Shown in pieces: positions 1 to 4,807 of a stretch of 4,807 bases of DNA. The notes under the pieces were generated by a model. The model searched no databases and was not told the origin of the DNA. It worked only from the letters and a program-made list of their open reading frames with translations. Both the position numbers and the translations under genes were made by a program. This DNA comes from a virus (Duplodnaviria; Heunggongvirae; Uroviricota; Caudoviricetes), in the IMG/VR virus record IMGVR_UViG_2690316347_000013. One strand, 5' to 3'. Numbering within the stretch: the stretch's first letter is position 1; each line of letters begins with the position of its first letter.

Positions 1-36
1 TGAAGTGGCACACTGAATTTGGCCACCTGAACAGAG
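1..36. repeat. IS911 left terminal inverted repeat (IRL)
   Basis: TGAAGTGGCACACTGAATTTGGCCACCTGAACAGAG pairs with the reverse complement of 1214-1249 (TGAAGTGGTCAACAAAAACTGGCCACCGAGTTAGAG). The first 8 bases and the GGCCACC block are identical. Confidence 0.8.
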
Positions 37-72
37 GTGATATGCTCACCTCAGAACAACACAGGTGCTCCA

Positions 73-1249
<1,177 letters not shown>

Positions 1250-1264
1250 GAAGCAGTTTTTACG

Positions 1265-1819
1265 TCAAAAAGCAATAACTTTTTTCTCTATACCAAAAGC
1301 CATAACCATTGGTTTGTACAAAATAAATTCTGCCACCTTTAGCCAATGCTCAATGCGTCTTTCACAGGTTCTTAAACTCCATTTCGGGTGTGCATCATTC
1401 AGCAGTTCAGCCATTTTGCGTTTGGTCATCCCCCGCCCCTCATACCGTTGCCGAAGGACGCTAATCAATCCTGGATGCTCTGCCAGCACCTCACTTATGA
1501 CCCGATCAATACATAACGCCTCTGCATCAGTACAATGCGCCAGCCAGCTCTTTTGCTTACCGTTAATCATATCCCGCAAAAAAGCCTCAAGTTCAGACTT
1601 GTTCAGACCTGCTTTTTTCATCCTCCGGAGCGCCTCGTTAATTGCCGTTTTTGTCAGCTTTTTAGAGGTCAACATCAGGTTAAACATATTCCCCGTCTTA
1701 CCGCCACCAATATACGACCAGCGCCCCCACATACGTAGTTTTCCCTGAATCCAGACACTTTCCAGCGTGGTGAGACGAAGGTGTTCTCCGCTTTTTCCTG
1801 TATTCGTTGGGTAAATCAT
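1265..1819 (-). CDS. Phage late-gene antiterminator Q-like protein (184 aa)
   Basis: ATG at 1819 overlaps the upstream gene stop as ATGA, with AGGAGG 7 nt upstream. Protein starts MIYPTNTGKSGEHL... and contains an MWGRWSY motif and a C-terminal GMTKRKMAELL...RRIEHWLKVAEFIL region that resemble 82/21-type Q proteins as I remember them. Its position directly after a YbcO-like gene is typical for Q. The track ORF start at 1939 is rejected because it overlaps the upstream gene. Confidence 0.6.
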   Translation of the reverse strand: MIYPTNTGKSGEHLRLTTLESVWIQGKLRMWGRWSYIGGGKTGNMFNLMLTSKKLTKTAINEALRRMKKAGLNKSELEAFLRDMINGKQKSWLAHCTDAEALCIDRVISEVLAEHPGLISVLRQRYEGRGMTKRKMAELLNDAHPKWSLRTCERRIEHWLKVAEFILYKPMVMAFGIEKKVIAF

Positions 1820-2106
1820 AAATATCCCTCCTTTCTCCAGATTTCTTGTGTGCGAAAAACACCTTCTGCATGCATCAGGCGTAATTCTTCTTTGGTGTAA
1901 TCGCTGGTTTTTACCCGCCCGTCGATTAAATCGTGGCACGAGCTACAGGCAATCGCTGCCTGCATATCGTGTGGCTTTATCGCTGTTCCGCACGTTCCCG
2001 CCAGTCGGTAATGCGCCAGCACAGACGTTTCCGGATCGTGATTGCAGTAGCCAGGAATTCTGACGGTGCACATCTGCCCCCGCGCCGCTTTACGTAAATC
2101 CACCAT
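1816..2106 (-). CDS. ybcO: YbcO-like DUF1364 putative nuclease (96 aa)
   Basis: MVDLRKAARGQMCTVRIPGYCNHDPETSVLAH...CSSCHDLIDGR closely resembles DLP12 YbcO (same length, Cys/His-rich). Its start overlaps the upstream stop as TAATG at 2104-2108. Confidence 0.75.
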   Translation of the reverse strand: MVDLRKAARGQMCTVRIPGYCNHDPETSVLAHYRLAGTCGTAIKPHDMQAAIACSSCHDLIDGRVKTSDYTKEELRLMHAEGVFRTQEIWRKEGYL

Positions 2107-2705
2107 TACGCAAACTCCAGCAGCTGCGCGGCCACATTTTCGACTTGTTCCGGAGAGGAAAATTTACGGAACAGAATCCAGTTCCACAGCACATTCAGAA
2201 CAGATTTATAAACCTGCTGAAACTCGGTTTCGTCCATATTCGCAAACGCGATAGATTTCGCCCGACACCCACGGCTACCGTCCGGATAAAAATGCTCGGT
2301 GTAAAATCCGGCCTGAATGGCTACCCACTCGCGGAAAGCCTCAAACGACTTTAGCAATGCCGTATCACTGGTTCTGCGTGTCGCAACTGTATTCAGATAT
2401 TGCTCTGCGGCTTCGCTCAGAGCTGGCGTATGTTCCCGGCCTACTGATTCACACAGGTAATCAACGAAACCGGACACCAGTTTTCGTTCGCGAGGCGTGA
2501 TCGCCCCACCGACCGGAGTCCAGTAATCGAAACCCAGTTGCAGGAGTTTGAAAAAACGCTTGTGGAATGCGTAGTTACACACACGCTTAAAGTCTGCGTG
2601 TATCCACTCACCTATTTTGATTTGATGCAGAAAATCGCAACTCTCCGGCGTCGCCGGGAGAAGTAATCCGGAAGAGGTTTGTTTGACCAGTTGTATATGT
2701 GCCAT
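2106..2705 (-). CDS. DUF1367-family phage protein (199 aa)
   Basis: ATG at 2705 with GGAGA 6 nt upstream gives MAHIQLVKQTSSGLLLPATPES...FHKRFFKLLQLGFDYW, the motif pattern I associate with DUF1367 proteins of enterobacterial prophage nin regions. The TTG at 2747 used by the ORF track has no ribosome-binding site. Confidence 0.65.
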   Translation of the reverse strand: MAHIQLVKQTSSGLLLPATPESCDFLHQIKIGEWIHADFKRVCNYAFHKRFFKLLQLGFDYWTPVGGAITPRERKLVSGFVDYLCESVGREHTPALSEAAEQYLNTVATRRTSDTALLKSFEAFREWVAIQAGFYTEHFYPDGSRGCRAKSIAFANMDETEFQQVYKSVLNVLWNWILFRKFSSPEQVENVAAQLLEFA

Positions 2706-2743
2706 CGGCTTTCTCCGGTGGCACGGTGTTACACAGCAGGAGT

Positions 2744-3031
2744 TCAATCCTGCTCAAGATTGTAGATGAGTTTATTCTTCAGCAAAAGCAGAAAACCAGC
2801 CTTAAAACCAATCTCTTTCAAAACCCGTAATGATGTGACAAATTCGTCCTCACGCAAAATAAAACCGTCCGTCAGAAGTCCATTACAAAAATAAAATAAC
2901 ACAGCACCGCTCTTCCTTTGTTGAGATTGCAAACATCTAATGCGGCAATGGCTGACAATCGCTCCATTCTCAACGCGCACAGCATAGAGGCCATTTTCAC
3001 TAAAAATTTCACGCAATTCTTCGATTTTCAT
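2744..3031 (-). CDS. Hypothetical 95-aa protein, AT-rich orphan gene
   Basis: ATG at 3031 with GGAAGGA about 8 nt upstream; TGA stop at 2744-2746. Protein MKIEELREIFSENGLYAVRVENGAIVSHC... has no motif I recognise. Codon usage is visibly more AT-rich than the neighbouring genes. It occupies the position that rem holds in the K-12 Qin prophage, but I cannot confirm homology. Confidence 0.55.
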   Translation of the reverse strand: MKIEELREIFSENGLYAVRVENGAIVSHCRIRCLQSQQRKSGAVLFYFCNGLLTDGFILREDEFVTSLRVLKEIGFKAGFLLLLKNKLIYNLEQD

Positions 3032-3112
3032 CTTCAGAATCCTTCCAGATAAATAGCTCTCCCCTGTTCGGGGTCCATCCCTCTTCTCCCTGCGCGCTAC
3101 TTAAGTGAGTCG

Positions 3113-3140
3113 ATTCTATCTGCGAAGGTGCGCGAATCAA
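3113..3140 (-). promoter_or_regulatory. Candidate sigma70 promoter for the 95-aa gene (TTGATT-16-TAGAAT)
   Basis: On the minus strand, TTGATT (3140-3135) and TAGAAT (3118-3113) are separated by 16 bp, immediately downstream of the hok terminator. A small CCCC-GAACA-GGGG hairpin lies in the predicted 5' UTR (about 3061-3075). Confidence 0.4.
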
Positions 3141-3150
3141 ATTCACCGGA

Positions 3151-3203
3151 AATAAACAACAAAAAACCCGCCGAAACGCTGAGAGATCACAGCGATGGGC
3201 GGG
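3151..3203 (-). terminator. Rho-independent terminator at the 3' end of the hok mRNA
   Basis: Minus-strand hairpin CCCGCC...GGCGGG (3203-3167, with inner CGCTG/CAGCG pairing) is followed by TTTTTTGTTGTTTATT (3166-3151). Confidence 0.65.
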
Positions 3204-3211
3204 TTAAGTGC

Positions 3212-3224
3212 GGGTGCGTTGAGG
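3212..3224 (-). other. hok mRNA 3' fold-back-inhibition (fbi) element
   Basis: Minus-strand CCUCAACGCACCC is complementary, with one bulged C, to the predicted mRNA 5' end GGGUGCUUGAGG (3606-3595). This reproduces the 5'-3' pairing known for hok mRNAs. Confidence 0.6.
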
Positions 3225-3280
3225 ATGCCTGACACATCAGAGGTGGGCGGGGATGGGATCAGCTCCCCGCCCGGTCACTC

Positions 3281-3436
3281 TTACTTCCTGGATTCGTAGT
3301 CTACGAAGACAGCGACCTCCGTCTGGCCGGTTCGGATTCGTACCTCACAGAGGTCTTTCCTCGTTACCAGTGCCGTCACTATGACGGTTAAACAGATGAC
3401 GATCAGGGCGATTAACATCGCCTTTTGCTGCTTCAT
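3281..3436 (-). CDS. hok: Hok-family type I toxin (51 aa), HokD/Gef-like
   Basis: MKQQKAMLIALIVICLTVIVTALVTRKDLCEVRIRTGQTEVAVFVDYESRK is close to HokD/HokC as I recall them. AAGGAG lies 9 nt upstream of the ATG at 3436. Confidence 0.9.
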   Translation of the reverse strand: MKQQKAMLIALIVICLTVIVTALVTRKDLCEVRIRTGQTEVAVFVDYESRK

Positions 3437-3493
3437 AGCCTGCTTCTCCTTGCCTTTCGGCATGTAAGAGGCTAACCTACATGTGCAAAGCAT
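3281..3493 (-). CDS. mok: Mok, an in-frame N-terminally extended reading frame overlapping hok (70 aa)
   Basis: ATG at 3493 with GAGG 8 nt upstream. The N-terminus MLCTCRLASYMPKGKEKQA resembles MokC (MLNTCRVPL...KEKRA) as I recall it, and the frame is shared with hok. Confidence 0.65.
   Translation of the reverse strand: MLCTCRLASYMPKGKEKQAMKQQKAMLIALIVICLTVIVTALVTRKDLCEVRIRTGQTEVAVFVDYESRK
3450..3478 (+). promoter_or_regulatory. sok promoter (TTGCCT-17-TAACCT)
   Basis: The plus-strand sequence cTTGCCTttcggcatgtaagaggcTAACCT aligns position for position with the plasmid R1 sok promoter region as I recall it (cTTGCGCaaagcgcggtaagaggcTATCCT). Confidence 0.55.
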
Positions 3494-3558
3494 GAAATTG
3501 GCCTCAGATTAATGTTAAGCGTCTTGCCGGACGCGTAATGTTAACTGGGGCTTTTCTC
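3485..3558 (+). ncRNA. sok: Sok antisense RNA (antitoxin), about 70 nt
   Basis: The predicted start, about 7 nt after the -10 box, lies antisense to the mok start codon and ribosome-binding site (3491-3505). A stem-loop GTTAAGCGTC/GACGC..TTAAC at 3514-3545 is followed by the T-rich CTTTTCTC. Ends are approximate. Confidence 0.5.
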
Positions 3559-3612
3559 TATCTGCCTTTTGGTGTTCATGCCTGAAGCAGATAGCCTCAA
3601 GCACCCGCAGTC

Positions 3613-3642
3613 ATTCTACTTACCTCGCCAATATGAAATCAA
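3613..3642 (-). promoter_or_regulatory. Candidate hok/mok mRNA promoter (TTGATT-18-TAGAAT)
   Basis: Minus-strand TTGATT (3642-3637) and TAGAAT (3618-3613). The predicted start near 3606 coincides with the conserved GGGUGCUUGAGGCU mRNA 5' end, which is followed by an 8-bp stem (3594-3587 with 3565-3558). Confidence 0.5.
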
Positions 3643-3663
3643 TCAGAAAGGTGCCCCATAAAA

Positions 3664-4350
3664 TCACTCCTTCTCTTCTTTACCGTAGTGGAGTTGACCA
3701 ATTTTGATAAGAGGGCGTCCCTGAGATTTGCGGTGTAGATTGGTATCGCGCAGAGAATACACACAGCCACAATATTCCTGCTGATAGAATTTTTCGCGCT
3801 TGCTGATTTCAATCATACGGGACGAGCCGCCCTGCTTGCGCCAGTTATAATCCCAGTACACCATGCCCGGATAATGCGCGACGGCTCGCCGCCCACAGTC
3901 GTTAACCTGCTGCATATTTTTCCAGCGTGAAATGCCCAGTGAACTGCTGATCACACTGAAACCATTTTCAGCGGCGTACAGCGCTGTCCGCTCAAAACGC
4001 ATGTCAAAACACATGGTGCAACGGATCCCTCGTTCGGGCTCCCATTCCATTCCTTTGGCTCGTTCAAACCAGTTGTCTGTGTCGTAATCAGCATCAATAA
4101 ACGGCACGCCGTGTTGTTCAGCAAAGCGAATATTCTCATCCTTACGAATTAAATACTCTTTCTGAGGATGAATGTTCGGGTTGTAGAAAAAGATGGTGTA
4201 GTCGATTCCCGAGGCCTGAAGCGCCTCCATCACCTCACCGGAACATGGAGCACAGCAAGAGTGCAGTAGTAGTTTGTTTGCCCCGTTTGGGAGCTCCAAT
4301 TTGGGCCGTTTGAAATCAGCAACTGTCATAAATATGTTTATTGGGGTCAT
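3664..4350 (-). CDS. queH: QueH-like epoxyqueuosine reductase (DUF208 family), 228 aa
   Basis: Family hallmarks are visible: [37 protein letters not shown] and FYQQEYCGC. Start is ambiguous between ATG 4350 and ATG 4329; neither has a clear Shine-Dalgarno sequence. Confidence 0.75.
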   Translation of the reverse strand: MTPINIFMTVADFKRPKLELPNGANKLLLHSCCAPCSGEVMEALQASGIDYTIFFYNPNIHPQKEYLIRKDENIRFAEQHGVPFIDADYDTDNWFERAKGMEWEPERGIRCTMCFDMRFERTALYAAENGFSVISSSLGISRWKNMQQVNDCGRRAVAHYPGMVYWDYNWRKQGGSSRMIEISKREKFYQQEYCGCVYSLRDTNLHRKSQGRPLIKIGQLHYGKEEKE

Positions 4351-4497
4351 AAAAATATCAAAGAGTGTAGCATTAGAACGGGGCTATCGGAAACAGATGT
4401 GTGACTGCTCCCCGCCCTTTCGGGTGGTCTCCTGATGATTTGAGGGTGCAGAAATCCCTCCGGTTAAGGATTAAATTTTTAACAGTGCTAAATTTAA

Positions 4498-4656
4498 TTA
4501 TTCAGTTCTGGATTTTGTCGCCCTGCGTATCCGCGCTTTCGCGTTACGCTCAATCTGTATCAGCTTTTCTATATTTCTCCGCCTTTCCTGTTCCTCCTGG
4601 CGCAATAGCCTTACATCATCTGCCAGTCTGGTTTCTCTTTTTGCCACAGAGAGCAT
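4498..4656 (-). CDS. Doubtful small basic ORF (52 aa), possibly a gene remnant
   Basis: ATG at 4656 to TAA at 4498-4500, MLSVAKRETRLADDVRLLRQEEQERRRNIEK.... There is no convincing ribosome-binding site and rare Arg/Ile codons are abundant. The frame stays open upstream to 4743 (…RCKICGAVVEPFDW) but without a usable start codon. Confidence 0.15.
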   Translation of the reverse strand: MLSVAKRETRLADDVRLLRQEEQERRRNIEKLIQIERNAKARIRRATKSRTE

Positions 4657-4743
4657 CCAGTCAAACGGCTCCACAACCGCACCGCAGATTTTACAGCGGA
4701 CCTGACGCTCTTTTTCGTCAACCCGTACTGAGGTAGCCTGAGT

Positions 4744-4772
4744 TTAACGGACACTCCTTCCTGAAATAGAAT
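4744..4772 (+). promoter_or_regulatory. Possible promoter for the plus-strand gene at 4793 (weak -35, TAGAAT -10)
   Basis: TAGAAT at 4767-4772 with TTAACG/TTTAAC about 17 bp upstream, correctly placed ahead of the ribosome-binding site at 4781. Confidence 0.25.
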
Positions 4773-4792
4773 GGCATCAGAAGGAGCTAATA

Positions 4793-4807
4793 ATGAGCAG
4801 AAAAACC
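4793..4807 (+). CDS. 5' end of an unidentified plus-strand gene (MSRKT...), truncated by the window
   Basis: AAGGAG at 4781-4786 lies 6 nt before ATG 4793. Only 5 codons are visible. Confidence 0.35.

Noticed and set aside
1820-1939. N-terminal extension of the Q-like ORF back to 1939
   Set aside because: The extension overlaps the C-terminal coding region of the YbcO-like gene. The internal ATG at 1819 has a strong AGGAGG site and the typical ATGA stop-start overlap.
1314-2354. Plus-strand ORFs antisense to the Q, ybcO and DUF1367 genes (1314-1748, 1535-1738, 1848-2063, 2066-2254, 2145-2354)
   Set aside because: They overlap the recognisable minus-strand genes on the opposite strand and lack start-site signals; the translations are Pro/Arg/Ser-rich noise.
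2706-2747. TTG start at 2747 for the DUF1367 gene
   Set aside because: No ribosome-binding site precedes the TTG. The ATG at 2705 has GGAGA at proper spacing and begins the conserved family N-terminus.
3245-3272. GC-rich hairpin GGGCGGGG/CCCCGCCC just after the hok stop, as a possible terminator
   Set aside because: No U-tract follows it on the transcribed strand. It matches the conserved post-stop hairpin of hok mRNAs, and the actual terminator lies further downstream at 3151-3203.
3951-4139. 62-aa minus-strand ORF inside queH
   Set aside because: It is an alternative frame entirely within the well-supported queH coding region.
4401-4736. 111-aa plus-strand ORF
   Set aside because: GTG start with no ribosome-binding site and a low-complexity Pro/Leu/Ser-rich translation. 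It lies antisense to the open minus-strand frame and looks like chance openness in a pyrimidine-rich stretch.

Overview
The window reads as an Escherichia/Shigella-type lambdoid prophage nin/Q region, with an apparently intact IS911 at its left edge. All calls are from reading the sequence and ORF track by eye; no database search was run. Positions 1-1249 are a complete IS3-family IS911 (36-bp imperfect terminal inverted repeats, orfA, orfB, and the A-AAA-AAG -1 frameshift site giving the OrfAB transposase). Everything to the right is transcribed leftward on the minus strand: a QueH-like epoxyqueuosine reductase (3664-4350), a complete hok/mok/sok type I toxin-antitoxin locus (about 3150-3607), an AT-rich 95-aa orphan gene (2744-3031), then a DUF1367 protein, a YbcO-like protein and a Q-like antiterminator whose stop codon lies 15 bp from the IS911 right end. 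The last 15 bp begin a plus-strand gene with a strong ribosome-binding site. The most unusual items are the prophage-borne queH next to hok, the unidentified 95-aa gene, and the IS911 sitting where the Q-dependent late promoter would be expected. No rRNA, tRNA or CRISPR array was seen.
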